Positions 1-13,936 of a stretch of DNA of 64,000 bases are shown here, in pieces; within the stretch, counting starts at the first letter, position 1, and each line of letters opens with the position of its first letter. The DNA is from Marsupella aquatica (taxonomy: Eukaryota; Plantae; Marchantiophyta). The stretch covers positions 5,489,708 to 5,553,707 of the forward strand of contig OZ316891.1 of assembly GCA_973895155.1 (NCBI GenBank). The letters are read 5' to 3'. The translations under genes and the position numbers were made by a program. The notes under the pieces are model-generated. The model was not told the DNA's origin. It saw only the letters and a list, made by a program, of their open reading frames with translations, and did no database searches.

Positions 1-224
1 TTTGGGCTCAACAAGCGGGCGCCATCCCGGCCGGTTCAGCCTCGGTATTCAAAATCGACGGTCACTATTTGCACTTGTGGAGTAAATCGACGCACATTGT
101 TCATTCATATACTCTTCCTTTCCTCTGTTCATTCTTCGTGTGGTTAGTGTACAATGTTCTGTTCTGTGTGTTTGTGACTTTCCCTGCCGTCGAGTCTAAG
201 TGTTTCCTTTGAGTGCTCTGCAGA

Positions 225-2082
225 ATGGCTGAGATTAGCAAATCTCAAGGCCAAAACTTTGCGTCTGCAGAGTTGAAGCAGCTCTGCTGCTCTTGGATGC
301 ACATATCTCAAGATCCAATTGTCGGGGCTGGACAGAGAAACCTGACTTTTTGGGATCGTGTAGCAGCACAATACAATGAGCATCGACCTTGAGGCATGCA
401 AGAGAGAGGCTCCAGATCCTTGGAGAGCAAATGGGGTGAAGTAAAGCACGATGTCGCTAAATTCTTTGGTGCATTTACCAATGTTGTGGACCTTCGTTTG
501 TCAGGATCAAACCAGGAGGACACCTTGCAGAAAGCCAAGGAACTTTACGTAAAGAAGCATCCGAAGGGAAAAGAATTCGCTTTCATTGAGTGTTGGTACC
601 TGCTCAAAGAGTGCCCTCGATTTTCAAATACAGTCGACGATATGGCATCCAAGGGGAAGGGGAAGCAGAAGGGGAAGAAGGCAGGATAGAGGGAGAATGC
701 GCTGCCAAGCCCTCATACTCCTGAAGAAGTCAACAAACAGCCAAGCAATGTGGACCGAGGGTGAGTACACAAAAGATGGAAGCAATAGTGTCAATCACCG
801 ACCACTTGGCAATGAGGCTGCCAAGAAACTAAAAGCCGAGGAGTGTGCCTTCAGAATTGCAGCGTATGCACAACGTGACATGGCCGCCAGCAACGCAAAG
901 AGATTGAAAATTATGGAGGAACAAAACTTCCAGAACTTGTTTAGCTTAAGAGCAGCAGATGTTGACGAGGAATGCCAAGAATTTTTTAAGATGCAGAGAG
1001 CACCTCGGGGGTCTCACTCCGTGAAAATCTCATATCACGTGCGACGAAGTATAGGGTCCGTTAATTGGGTTTCTCGGAAGACTTAAGAAGATTTGTGTAA
1101 GAACAATAGGGCCAACTTTATATGTTGGACAACTTGTAAGAATAATAGGGATATTAATATTTTTGACTTTGTAGATGGAAGGCATACAAAGAAGTTAGGG
1201 GGTCTTTGTGTCGGACTATATAAAGTACACGTGTCACTATGTCATTGGTACACGTGGCACACATAACATTCCCAATATATTTTCCTAATTTTTCTAATAT
1301 GTTAACATGGCAAGAATTTGAGAATGATCTGGTTTTATGTGGACTCACGTTTAGGGTTTGACCGGGATTAAGTTTGAAATTTTTCTGTTTAACATGTCGT
1401 TTACCTCAATTGGCCCTTGTCAGTCTCCTCCTGTGTCGTTTCCCTCCACTATCCCTTTGGCCCCACCCGCTCTTTGCCTCAATAGAGTCTCTTTTGTTTG
1501 TACCTTGCAGCAAATGGTCTAAACAGGGTCTAAACTAGTTGTGCTCCTGCTTGGAGTGAAGGTCGGATCGAGCGAGAGTGTGCATTGAAATGATCAAAGT
1601 TTAAGGTCGACAAAGGTGCAAGCACTGTTGCAGGGCGTGCCATGTCTGACATACGACTTCACAAGGTACTGACATAGACTTATCTTTTCTTTCTAGGCAT
1701 TTTTTATTGATATGTGACACTTTACTTCACAAATTATAGGGGCAATACAATTTGGATTTTAGACTCTTAGAAGAAAGAAAGAGGGAGGAAAAAAAATTCA
1801 ACTTAATAAGTATGGGGGTCTAGGCATGAAAACGTCGCAGGTGATGGGGGGGTCCTCCATATAGTGAGACCCCCGAGGAGAGCACGAGAGCTAGAGAAGT
1901 TCAAGAGAAGACTTGTCATGGAGGAAGATGATGTTTCGATTTCCAATAGACGACCTGATTGTCCCCCACACGAGCCAGCACCTACATGCAATTTTGTCAA
2001 AAACAATGCAGGAGCAAGAATCGACCAAGAGTCTCTCGCCGCAAACACTGACGTTCCTCAGGCGAATGCCACTGACCAATAG
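225..2082 (+). pseudogene. Harbinger Myb/SANT-like DNA-binding (NAM-associated) protein, disrupted
   Basis: ATG 225: MAEISKSQGQNFASAELKQLCCSWMHISQDPIVGAGQRNLTFWDRVAAQYNEH...SLESKW...FAFIECWYLLKECPRF...RPLGNEAAK. Stops at 390-392 and 687-689, one frameshift near 750, and the 1004-1877 insertion. Removing the insert restores MQRA-RELEKFKRRL. Confidence 0.85.
1004..1877. mobile_element. Non-autonomous TIR element (MITE-like) with 15-bp TIR and 8-bp TSD
   Basis: TIRs CTCGGGGGTCTCACT (1004-1018) and AGTGAGACCCCCGAG (1863-1877). Direct repeat GAGAGCAC at 996-1003 and 1878-1885. No recognisable coding sequence inside. Confidence 0.9.
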
Positions 2083-2333
2083 TTGATTTCTCGAGTCTTT
2101 CTTTGATTAGGGAATCAGACATTGATCTGAAAAATTGTTCATTCATTAATTCTCATTTCTTTCCATTTGTTTTAGCTTTTTTTCCTTTCTCTAGTACTGT
2201 AGTTGGAAAACTGGTCGGGAGTTAGATGGCCAGCTCTGGTTGGTTATTTCTCCAGGGGAAGCAGCAAGAGCGCGCAGTAGACAATGGACAACTGGATACA
2301 TTGTTATGAATGTTGGTCAAAATCACTCAATGT

Positions 2334-3686
2334 TCACTCAAAATTGTTCACGTAATGAAAGTCATGCCCTCTACCTTTCAGAGCCCACAAATGGTCTACT
2401 AGGTCATTTCGAAGCATAAAATGGACTGAAGTGTCTTCAATAATGCCAGTGACAGCTAAGTATTGCTTCCAATCTGTCGTAGATAGCCTCCTTCCTTCAC
2501 TGGACTGCCTCGAACGTCTTGATCCCTGATCCCATTCTTCTGGTAACTGCTCCAATCTCTCATCTTGGACAATCATATTATGTAATATGACACATGCCAG
2601 GCCTATGTCTTTGATTGTTTGAACGTCATGAATCCTTGCAGGGTTTCTAATAATTGCAAACCTGGCCTGCAAAACACCGAAGGCACGCTCCACATCTTTC
2701 CGTGCTCCCTCTTGGCATTTTGAAAACCACTTTCGTGCCTAACCCTGTGGAAGGAGAATAGTTGGAACAAAAATTGACCAATCAGGATATATGGAATCTG
2801 TTAAAAGGAAGTACCTGTCATATTTTCTACCGTTCACTGTGAATCCCATCTCATGAGCTTCGCTTCTAAGAAAATTGTTCACAAGTGGAGATCTATCTAA
2901 TACATTGATATCATTGTTGGCTCCTGGCAGACCAAAGTAGGCGTGCCAGATCCATAATGACTGGTCAGCAATTGCCTCCAGGACAATCGATTTTTCTCCA
3001 TCTTTATTGATAAAAAATCCCTACCAAGCAACAGGGCAATTTTTCCACAAATAATTCATGCAATCCAAGGAGGCGAACATTCCAGGAAAACCCCTATCCT
3101 CATTAATTTTGAGCTGCGTCTCCATGTCCTCTCTAGTTGGCCGCCTGAGGTATTCTCCCTCAAAAACTGCTCGAATGGCCCTAACAAATCTTTTCAGAGA
3201 CTCCATAGCCGTGGTTTCCCCAATCCGACAATATTCGTCTACTGCATCAACCGAAACTCCAAGAGAGAGCATTTGAAGAGCAGCTGTCATCTTTTGGATG
3301 GGAGACAAACCAAGAACGTTGGCAGCATCACGTTTTTGCAAAAAATACGTGTCATACTCACAAACAGCATTGTGAATTTTCCAGAAAAGATGTTTCCTCA
3401 TCCTGAACCTCCTTCTGAATTTTACGTCATTGTACACTGGCTGCTCATGGAAGTAGTCTTTCCAAATTCTTTCATGCCCTTCTTGTCTCTCCCGATCAAC
3501 ATTGGCAGCCTTGCCTGGCCTAGAGCCACCTCGTTTACGAATTCTATGGCTACTATAGTAATCCATCAGAGACATTGGCCCACAGAGTGTCACAGTCTCC
3601 CACCGTAGTTGTTCCTGCTCCATTTCGGTTAGCTCAACTCGCATTTGCATCTGCAGTTTTCGACGCCATTCTGCTAGTGAATTCAT
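2334..3686 (-). pseudogene. PIF/Harbinger DDE transposase (plant transposon protein type) with two in-frame stops
   Basis: Motifs FRRRFRM, GFPGMFASLDCM..WKNCPVAW, LWIWHAYFGLPGANNDINVL, LTDSIYPDW, QEGARKDVERAFGVLQARF, CVILHNMIV. In-frame TAG at 3021-3023 and 2739-2741, otherwise a single frame. Confidence 0.92.
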
Positions 3687-4531
3687 TCCAAAGTTCTACC
3701 CTAGTAAAGCTGGTTGGATGTCTACAAAGCAAGTAACTATGAAGTGAAGAGAACAACGAACTGTCGTCGGCCAGGCACCAAATTGGAATGGAAAGGAATG
3801 AACGAAAAGAGGGAAACAGCGATGGATATCCATGAATCCTTACATTGACTGCGTAAACCGTGGCAATAGAAAGCACTATGAGCAAGGAAAGCTGGCCGCA
3901 AAGTCTGGTCCTACAAGAGATGCTAGCAGAAACCGTGGGGATAGACAGACTCTGTCGTGATAGATATATCACGGGTCAAATTATCGGGCCAGTTTAGACC
4001 AAACTGACCCGATAGTTCAAACCGGGCTTGTTTTCCGGCCCACTTTATAGGGGTCGGGTGGGGGGCACCTCCGGAGTGAATGGTGGACAGACGGCCCGGC
4101 CCTCCCCAGGCCCTGAAAAAAACCCCAATACAGGCCCGCAAATGGCGCGACCAGTGGGGATGCCCTAAGTAGCCTGCATATTACAAGGGTAGCAAAGAGT
4201 AAACCAAAATGATCAAGAAAAATATGATGTAAGCCCACACACAATCCTTATAATCCCAAATGTTTTGCTTAGATGGGATTCCTAAGCTTCCATGGGATCA
4301 AACCGTGGATTTAAAGTACAATTAACTGACATACTTAGAAGATAATCTTTAGAACCTATCCAAGTTTAAATAGAAGATTATATGGGGTTCCCATCCCAAC
4401 TTATGAATCAGAAAAAAGTGAAGTGAACAAACCAGGAAATAAGTTGAATTTTTTTAATTTTAACATTAAAAAATGTATAAAATCTTGAGATGAGAAATGT
4501 TTTTAATCGTCATGCCTGCAATTTAAACCCT

Positions 4532-4912
4532 AAAGAAATGCACTATCTTCTGCTATGGAACTCTTGTCAGACAGCGATGTTACACATTTGAGGACATCAA
4601 TGTCACACTAGACTTAGTTATGATATTGGATGTGAACCATTAGCACATCACACCATCGAAAAGAAATGCAGTATCTTCTGCTATGGAACTCTTGTCAAAC
4701 AGCGATGTCACACATTTGAGGACATCAATGTCACACTAGACTTAGTTATGATATTGGATGTGAACCAGTAGCACATCACACCATCCAAAAGAAATGCACT
4801 ATCTTCTGCTATGGAACTCTTGTCAAAGTGATGTCACACATCTGAGGACATCAATGTCACACTATACTTAGTTATCATACGATGTGGTGGACCATTAGCA
4901 AATCACCATCAA
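4532..4912. repeat. Tandem repeat, 128-bp unit x3
   Basis: AAAGAAATGCA(C/G)TATCTTCTGCTATGGAACTCTTGTCA... starts at 4532, 4660 and 4788. Confidence 0.95.
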
Positions 4913-7870
4913 AGTGTAGATCTCTTATTCTTTCCTCTTTCTAGGTTTTTGGGGTTTGCCTTTGTACTTCTTTAGGGTTGGTGTTTGTCCTCTTTGGACC
5001 TCTCTGTGGCCCTGTTTAGTCACTTTTGGTGACATCTCAATAGAATTGTCCTGCGTGTTATTTAGACCCCTAATTAGCGTCCTATCTCATGCCAAGGACT
5101 GATGTCACACATTTGAGGGCACAACCCATCCAGTCAGTTCTTCATGGAGTGATATTCCCTAAGTGATGCTGCGGATCCAAACCCCAAAATAATATTCCAG
5201 ATGAGAGCATGGATATTCTACAGTCCACAAACACAACCAGTCTAGTTTGGATCATGTAGAGACCTAATGAAGCCGTCTGGAGACCAAAAACTAGTTCCCA
5301 TACAGAATATGCCTAAAATGCTGCAAAACGATGTCAGCAATTGCTGGCTGTTTGTTTTTTCGCTTGGAATGGGTGACGTTCTGTTCATAAATGAAGGCCC
5401 AATATGGAGCAATTCTTGTGGCTCCCAAAAGTGGAATCATTTAAGCCAACAGAGTCCCTCTGTCTTATTGGTCTCACGGGCTAACAACTTCCCAAATCTT
5501 ATCCAAATCAAGAGAAATTGCTTCAGTATGTGGGAACTGTGGATAACCAAGACAGTAAACTTGTTTGAGACTCCATTCTTCAAAAATCTACAGGTGTGAT
5601 TTTGTGAGGGAGTTGGACTGGTGAATGCCCTCAAGGGTCTAGGCTGAGAGGAGGAGGGAAAATAATATGGGACTCATCTAACAGGTAATTAAAAAAATTC
5701 ATAATTTAGGGGAAGCCATAAGATTTTCCTGATCTTAATGACATCCGTCAGATCTTCACAGTTCTGGCCAATCCAACTGCATTTTGACAAATTTTATATA
5801 ATTTCCCCCGAATTTTTCTTTCTATAGTTCGCCAGTGTTGAAAGGTAATATTTTGGCGAATATTCGTTCACAGAAAACCTCACTGCTCTATAGTCTATGA
5901 GCACTTTCATCAGTAACAATTCTCCTTAGTTTGACATAATTGACCTGGGAACCCTATAATAATTGTGGGCTTTATGCTGATTGGCTTGCGGACTGGTGGT
6001 ACTGAATCTTGTGGTGGACAGGTGGAGTAAAAGAAGTTGGAAACCAACTGCTTCCCAAAAAAGCACCCAAGAACGACGAGCATAAATAAGCAGAGGCTGG
6101 GAAGCCATTTGGGGATTGCGTGGTCTCGATCCAATTCTCTGTGATCGAGGTGACTTCCTAGCCCTTAATGGGGACTAGCGAATAGATAACTAAAGTAAAG
6201 GCCTACAAAATCCGCTTGGAATTTCATAATGAAATATTCTTGGTGCCAAGTTGGGCAATCCAACATTGGTGGACCTGAAACAATCAATTTTTGTTGTTTG
6301 TCTTTTTTGGAGGTTCTTTTTCTGGAGGTTCTTTTTCTGGAGGCTGGAGCCCACCAAATCACATTCACTGGCCTGAATGGACTTTGTGGTCCCAAGGAGA
6401 CCAAGATATGCTGGAAGCCTGGAACCATACCTTGGCCTTCTTCTTTCCAGGGTTTTGGGGTTGGCATTTACCTTACTCTTCCGAGTTGGGTGTTATCCCT
6501 GGTCCTCTTTTACTTTTACTCATTGTACGTCGTGTGGCCCTTTTTTTAATGAACTGGTCCTTTTTCCGGTAAATTGTAATGTAGGCGGAATTAATGTTGC
6601 ATTTCTTTTCTTTATGCCGAGTAGATTGATCGATCCTCCATGTTCGAACTCTTTACTATTTTGTATGTCGGAGGGCTCTTGGCATCGAAGGGTTTGGAAG
6701 ATGGACGGTTTTACAAGCATGGATCTGAAATCCAGCTGGTCGTAGTTAGAGATTTGTCTCTTTTATCAACTTTGTGTTGGGACGAGTGATTGACATGGGT
6801 CAAATCGGGTGCCTCCAAGACCATTTATCACTGTAGCCAATTTGTAGATCTATAGTAAGCAAGTTGAGCAAATGGGACCTTCTAGCCAATAAAGACGTTG
6901 GGCATTTGCTTTTGTGAAACTTGGTCATTTCTACGAGATGCTACTTTTTCCAGCATAATTATGCCCAAATTTTTATTTATGGCAGCTCAGATTCGATTAG
7001 CTTTGAGCATACACCCTTCAGAAATTGGAATATTTAGGATACGATCCTCCAACACCCATACAGTTCTCCAAGTTCACAACATGGTCTCCTTGTCCAGTGT
7101 AGGTGTTCTAATCTCTTGTAGGTGAAAGATGTACCTTGGCCATAGTGCAGTTGGTCCAGAACTAGAGTGAGGTTCTAGGATTGTCAGCTGCCTAGTAAGC
7201 CTATACCTTTGAAACTGGGACCAGAACTACTTTGTTCAAGTGACTCTCCAGTCTGCCTTTGAGAATACTCAGAGAGCATTGTTTGTGTCATACATAATTA
7301 TGAAATTACGAGGGTGTGGCATGGGAAACAATCCACCACCCTTCGATCATGGTCACAAGCAGTACCGTGAGTGTCTCAATGGAAACCTAATTTTTAGTCG
7401 ATGTGTTTGACTTTATTGTTCATCATTTTCTATTCATGATTTTCTCTGAGTACTCTTGAGTGCTAAAGTACTGATTCATGGACAATCAAAGAGAGACCCT
7501 GAGTGTTTTTGCCTGATTTTCAATGTGAACTTTCACCGGGGGTCTCATTTTCCCAGGAAGAACAAAGAGCCAAAAAGGTTGAGAGTCTCCCATTGTGACA
7601 GTGAAACTAATAGGAGGCCAAAGTGGGCAATCAATTGAAAAGTCCCGTTAAGAGCAAGAGTTAACTGCATAAGAAGGTCACCAAGAAGAATTTGTCTGCA
7701 GGCCCTAAAACCAACAATTTTGTTCCTTGAGGCATTGACTAGTTGAACTCCTTCACAAAGTAGATTAAGACAAGCTCCCTTGCACCATGCAAGCAGCCAG
7801 GTGCCCAAGTGCCCAGACAAGAAGGTATAGACGAAGGATTGCAGCAAAATTGAGAAAAATGATATGTGTA

Positions 7871-8295
7871 GCTTTATTTTTTAGTGGCCAAATTCCACCT
7901 CACTGAAAAGTGTTCTTCACTCTTTGCTTAAATTGGCCACGTTTTTGGTCTTCCAGTAGCCAGCTTCACACCTAACCAAGACCCCATTATCCAGAACCTG
8001 ATGGTCATCCGTAAATCTAGGGAGGTTTAAAGATTAAAAAAAAACCTGCTAGTTTCCACCTTACTGAAAAGTCTTGGCCAAATTTTCTGTGGTCCGTTAG
8101 CCAGTTCCTACCTACCCCACATACCCCATTAAACCAGAATATGACACTCATCCTAAAATCTAGTGAAATCAAATGGTCAAAAAATAATCTAAGAAAATTA
8201 AATAAGGAATATTGTTAACATTTTCTCCTACGCTTCCCCACGGTGACATTCGCCACCCTGGTCAAAAGGGGAAAAACCCCTGAAAAACATTACCC
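7871..8295. repeat. Dispersed degenerate repeat family, copy 1 (probable non-autonomous TE or TE end)
   Basis: Shares TTTTTAGTGG..AAATTCC, CCCCATTA..CAGAA..GTCATCC.TAAAT and GGAAT..(A/G)CAT.TTCTCC..GGTGACAT blocks with 11080-11875 and 21341-21630. Confidence 0.55.
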
Positions 8296-11079
8296 CGGAC
8301 CGAGACCAAGGAGAGTAGAGAAAGTGAGAAAGATGACGTGTGGTTGTGCACCGGTGAGACCCTCACTCAGGAAGCCGCGGCGCGAGGTCCGGTCCGGTAC
8401 GGGTAATCCCCAGCCGCCATCGGGCCACTGCTGCCGTCTGATTCACCGGATATACCACCGCGCTCCGCCGGATACTTCCCCGCCCCCTCGGATATGCTCT
8501 CATCCCAACCGTCCCCAGCCCCACGCGTCGCTCGCTCTGCCTTTCGAACCTTTCGACGAGTCCACAGCCACATGGGCCAGATCCGCCTCCACGACACTCA
8601 GACAGTTAGTTAGGTACTGCTGCCACTATCTCTAGGCCAATCATGAGACTGCAAGATCTGCCACACAAAGAATACTAGGTATTTCCTGGATGTGCTCCCA
8701 TATTCACGAATACAGATTTGTAGCACTACGATGTTGATTATGGAATGTTTTGTACTGGGATGTGGATTGTCGTGGTCCCTCTGTCTACGGACACATGGGT
8801 CAGCCCTCTGTGACATGTAAAGTTGATGCTGTACATCAGCAGGGCTCTTATCGTCATTGAAGAGAAATCCACGTTAGCTTCTGAAATGGGCGGCGTACAT
8901 GACTGGAGACACGCATGCATTCCCTTTACAGTCCGGATCCTGTAATATTGTAAGTCAGTCAGCAACCCCACGAGGAAACGCAGTACAGACCCCTATAAGT
9001 TTACAATCCATTACTGCAAACCTTGGATAATTACAAGGTGTCTCGTTATTCCCTTTCTCCCACCATTTTGCACTTTGGGGCTGCACTAAAAGACAAATAT
9101 ATAAATGTTCTCCACCTACAGTTATCGATAGTGCAAGTCATTTTGATATAAAGTAAAATTTGCACTTATGGGTAGGGAAGGGATATACAAGTTAGGAAGG
9201 GTAACAAGAGTGACTATTGCCCTCGACTTCGGAGACATTGCCCCCTTTGCAAAGAGGGGGTGGGGGTGAAAGCAGAGGCGAATAGAGGAAGAAATACTCA
9301 AATGCAGACTATTCATCTGTGAGATAAATAGATTATAGAGAATGGAATGACAGAAAACTGGAACCCTATTTTGGACAACCGTATATTTCTGATTTAGGAA
9401 TTAGTTCACTTCAAATATTACAACAGAAATGTGATACCTTTCTCTAGATTCTTCAGATGAAAGGTTACAAATGCCAAGACTCTACATGAACGTTACAAGC
9501 TAAACTACGTTTCATCATCTTCCTAAATCTTATCATCCAACTTGCAGTGCTGTACGCCTCACAAGAAGACTAAGGACACAGGGAAAAATTGACTTGAAGG
9601 AAGAATTTACTGACCCAGACTACAGTTCCAGAATGATAGAATGATAGAAGTTCCCTCTTTGCAATCAGAGACAACATATTGATTGACTTGTGTGAACATG
9701 GTGTTTTGTTGGCATTCTCAAGAGAGAATAATAGGAGCATACCATGCATGTCTTGGTCAAATTCTGTGTGCATGGAGGGGGAAACAAACACGAGTATGAG
9801 ACGGAAAAGGAGGACTGAATGAGGAGAACTGGCAGATTCAACTTACAGTATCTGAAGTGAGTCATTCACTGGGTTTAACCTGACCCAACTATTCTTTTCA
9901 CTCAATCATGCATGCTCACTACGTGTCTTAAGAGTGGTCCTGATACTGTATGTACGCAAACTCACCATACAACGTGGGGGAGGTTGTTTTGGGAGATTTG
10001 CCAAGTACATGCAAGAACAAAGCACATGGAATTGCTTCCCATGAAGGGGAAGTATGGGGAACTTCATCAAGAGTTTTGTTCTTTTACGATTTCTGGACTT
10101 AATTAAAGAGAACGAGAAGAATCACAATGAGTGTGGGAGGGTGGTGGGTTCTACTGGCCACGGTATTACTAAGATTCTGTGGCTCAAATCAATTTCATAA
10201 CTGTTTGTTTTGTCTCGAAAGCATCCTTCCAATTTTTAATATTTTTCAGACTTAAAACTAATGGCCTGCAAGGCAGTACACCATTTTCAGTAGAAATTGA
10301 GCCGAGCTACTGTAGTTCTTTCATGTGAGTAATAAGCCCCTACCAAGGTCGAGTATCAGCAGGGAGAAGGTAGAGTGAGAGTGAGGTGAGGTGAGAGTCT
10401 CCATTCTAAAGCAAAGAGAATCTGCTGAAAATTTGGCAAAATCCAAATTAATTCAGTTTAGTCATATTTGGCAAGATCCAACTTCAGTTGAGTTCTATGA
10501 TACTCGGGACATATTCGGCTTCCCTTGCAGAAACCCCCACCAAAACAGCTAATTAAAATTCCATGCATTTCAACCTTCCCCCACCCCCTCCCCCAATCCC
10601 GTCTCACTAAACGAAAGCTACTGCTCCTACATTAGGGTGGCCTTACAAGAAGAGGAGAGGGGGCACTTTTGAATTTTTTTCCACCTAAGAAACTTGGGAG
10701 CCACTTCTTTTCTAAACATAGAGTCTACACCAAAAAGCTTGAAATTCAATATATGCAAATCCCTTGGTTGAAGGCGCCAAAGTTTGGAAACTTTTGAACC
10801 ACATCTAGAGGCAATCTAAAATTCTACAGTCAATAAATAAGCACTCCACATTTGCTTTTAGTTGGGTCCATTGCTTGCCATGTAGGACCAGCAAAGACAA
10901 TATATGAATGGTCCCAGGGTTCTTGTAAAGTGAACTGCACTGTAGGTAATTTCACTCACTATACGTCTAGATGTAATCTTAAAGGGTATAAAAAGAAACA
11001 CCGGGCCACCTTTGTTTGTAAAGCAACCCTTAGACTGGCGGCTCCTCTGGGCCGCAGACCAAGTGATCGACTGTGGACC

Positions 11080-11875
11080 AGCAATTTTTTGTGGCAAAAT
11101 ATTGCTAGATTCCACCTCTAAAAGGCCTCTGTAGCTTTTGATAAAAATTGACTAGGTTTTATATTTTCCATTAGCAAGTTTCCCACCTCACCACACACCC
11201 CATTAACGCCAATCTAACTGCCCTTCTTAAATCAATGGATATCTCACAGTCAAAAAGTACTCTACCCCACTGGTTAAAATCTTGCAGCCAGTTTTAAATC
11301 TATGGGGATCTGACAGTCAACAAGTAATCTGCTCCTCCCCACCAAGGTGACATTAGCCCATCTCCCACCTCACAACAATATTTTTTGTAGTGGCAAGAAT
11401 TAAGCCTCCTCTCCAACTAATTTTTGCCATTTTTGGCAATACATTATAGGTTTTCCATGTCCTATTAGCCCAAAAACTCTTACCATCATACTCAAATCTA
11501 GGATATCTAATGGTCTCAAATAATTCAGGAACATTACATACAGAATATCCCTAGCATCTTATCCTATACATAGGCTCACGCTAGCCACACTGGCAAAGAA
11601 GGAAAAACCTTAAAATTACACTGCCTCACTACTATACACCCATCAGCCAGAACCAGAATCCGACAGTGAGGCAAATTAGATATGGAATGTTTTTAGCATC
11701 TTCTCCACCCCACGAGGTGACATGGCGAAAAAGGAAAAAAAAAAACCCTTACGCTGCTGCTGGGTTGGGGGCAGTCCTAATAAAAGAGCAGGCACTATTT
11801 TGGGGCTAATTCCTTACAGTACAGTAGATAAGGAATAGTTCTAGCATATTTTCCTCCTTTCAAGGTGACATTCCG
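11080..11875. repeat. Dispersed degenerate repeat family, clustered partial copies
   Basis: Blocks AAATCTAGGATATCTAATGGTC (~11494) and GGAAT..TAGCATCTTCTCC..GGTGACAT (~11684, ~11832) resemble 8155-8250 and 21485-21600. Confidence 0.5.
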
Positions 11876-13936
11876 AAAAATTTGAAAAGAACCTACGCTG
11901 CTGGAGGCTCTGGGTTGGGGGCGGTGGCGGTTCGAATCAAAGAACAGGCCCTACTGTTCCGGCGTTTTGGGTCGCCCTCCGCCGTGAGATGGATTGTGTC
12001 GTCTTCCGTCAGTCACTCGTCGGTCGCCTGTCACTCAGTCGTCGTCCCCTTTGTCGCCTTCTTCGGGGGCTGTCCTTAGTCGTCGGGGGCTGTCCTTAGA
12101 TAGGGGCCCTGTGCAAGGCGAAGCCAATCGGAGCTCTCGAAAGCGCATCTCGCGGAGGAATGTACTCTGGGATCCGTTTTGCTGCTCTCTCTCTGGTGGT
12201 GCCCTTTTGCGGTGTTGAAGCTCCCACTCTCCCAGAGAGCGATGTCGGATGGTGAATAAATTCGCCTGAATGAGATCGATCGACAGGTTGATTTTGAGTC
12301 AACAATTCTCGAACTTCGGGGGGTGTGGACCCTCTTGGACTTGCGGCAATCGACCTGTGCCGCAGAAGACGAAGAGGCGGAGTTTTATTGATTTAGTAGT
12401 AGTGGTTTTGGAGTTCGCTACGCAACTCATCTTGTATCCGAGGAGCAGGAGCAGCAGACGACGAAGTCACTGACCGAAGAAGCGTATTGCGCACGAGGGG
12501 AGGACTGGAGGAGCAGTCGCTGACGAGATCAGAGCAGACTGGACACGACTTGCACGGAGGGGAGGACTGGAGAGAGATTGTTTGATCATTGCATCGAAAT
12601 TGAATCGAGGAGGCTGTCGTTCGATTCGGTTCGGTTTGGTTTGCTCGAATGCATTGCTTGCCTGAAGAGGGAGAGGAGCGGCGGCTTCTGGAATTTCTTT
12701 TGTGGGCCGTGGTGGAAGACGAAGGAACGAGTGCCGAGCAGGCCCTGGGAAAGAGCCGCAGGCCGTGTGAAGGAAGGCAGGAAGGAAGTATTATTGCTCG
12801 GGGTGGAAGGGTGCGGCGAGGGAGAAGGGAATGGAGGAGGGTAATGCGAGCCGCAGCGAGGGTTGGTTAGCGTGATTGGGTGCGCACCACGACGAGTGAG
12901 TGAGGACGGTGGCAGTGGGTTCTGTTTCTTTGTTGCTTTGAGCTGACAAATTTCCTACGTTTTGACAGTCCTTGGAAAAGAGACTTTGTTTCCGGAAACT
13001 TCCCTAGAAGGCGGGCGAAACAAATTACTGGTTTCGTTTTTCGGGAGATACGCGTTTCGATTTCCCGTGCGCTGTTCCCCCCTTTCCGATCGTGTCTTTC
13101 TTCTCCTCGACTTCGCCTGGTTTTCATTCATTTGAAGGAGGGTTTGGAGATTCTGTGAATGCCGTGAGGTCTTCAGCCCGGGTTTGCGACCTTAACCGGT
13201 GGAGGAAAACCAATTGAGTAGTTCTTCATGCTGTAGGCGTCGAGGGTGGCGATTGTGACAGAGGTAGAGCTTGGTGAAAGTTGTGAGGAGCCTGTGGTCT
13301 AGTCCTCTTACTCTAGTGCAAACACTTATTCATTTGAAGGCTTGAGGGAGAGAACAGCCATCAATTGCGTGAAGGGTACAGTTTTTTTCTCTTCCAGGGA
13401 CTGTGCATTGCGGAAGGTGAGGGAAGGGGAGGGGAGGAATGGGAGTACTTGCTCTTGGAGTTTGAAGGTTGTTGGATTAGAGGAGGAAGAGGAAAACCAG
13501 GCATTGTGGGTGACCCGTCGCTTTATCGAGTCCGTCCCGTTTCGTCACTCTTTAGTGTCGTTAAATTTGGGCAGACAATCCTCGGTTTCGATCTGGTCGT
13601 TGGCGAACCGAGCTAGGCCCAACCTTACATCTCAAGAGAGGAAATTGGGACTCGTCTTCGTTGACTTAGGTGAGGACCGTTATCTGGCGGAGTCCTGACA
13701 TGTATGTGTTTTGAACGTTTCGCTTAGTTTCTAATGATTTGTACAGTTTTGGGGAATTTGGTTTTTGCGTGTCAAGGATGTCATAGGTGAGAGGTTCAAA
13801 AGAGTGTAATCAAGTGAGTACCATTGGGAGTTCAAATCTGATCATGCGGGCAATGTAAGGTTTTGAGTTTAGTGATGATGAAGAAAGCCTGTTCGTGGCT
13901 CTAACAAATTCGAACAATGTTTCTAATGCAGGTGTC

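Larger units (their letters stand above)
1..4165. mobile_element. PIF/Harbinger DNA transposon 1 (decayed; left end outside window)
   Basis: Convergent Myb/SANT-like ORF (+) and DDE transposase (-). Right terminus ...CAGTGGGGATGCCC ends at 4165, followed by TAA (typical Harbinger TSD). GC-rich GGGCC/GGCCC subterminal DNA at 3985-4140 and at 1-45. Confidence 0.85.

Noticed and set aside
5100-7850. Coding-like decayed sequence on the minus strand
   Set aside because: Probably a TE remnant, but no RT, transposase or other motif could be recognised.
8243-8635. GC-rich 130-aa ORF
   Set aside because: Non-ATG start inside a repeat, low-complexity Pro/Arg composition, no recognisable domain.
11882-13698. 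Numerous short ORFs upstream of PAP
   Set aside because: Overlapping frames in GC/AG-rich leader-like DNA with no protein motifs; more likely promoter and 5' UTR.
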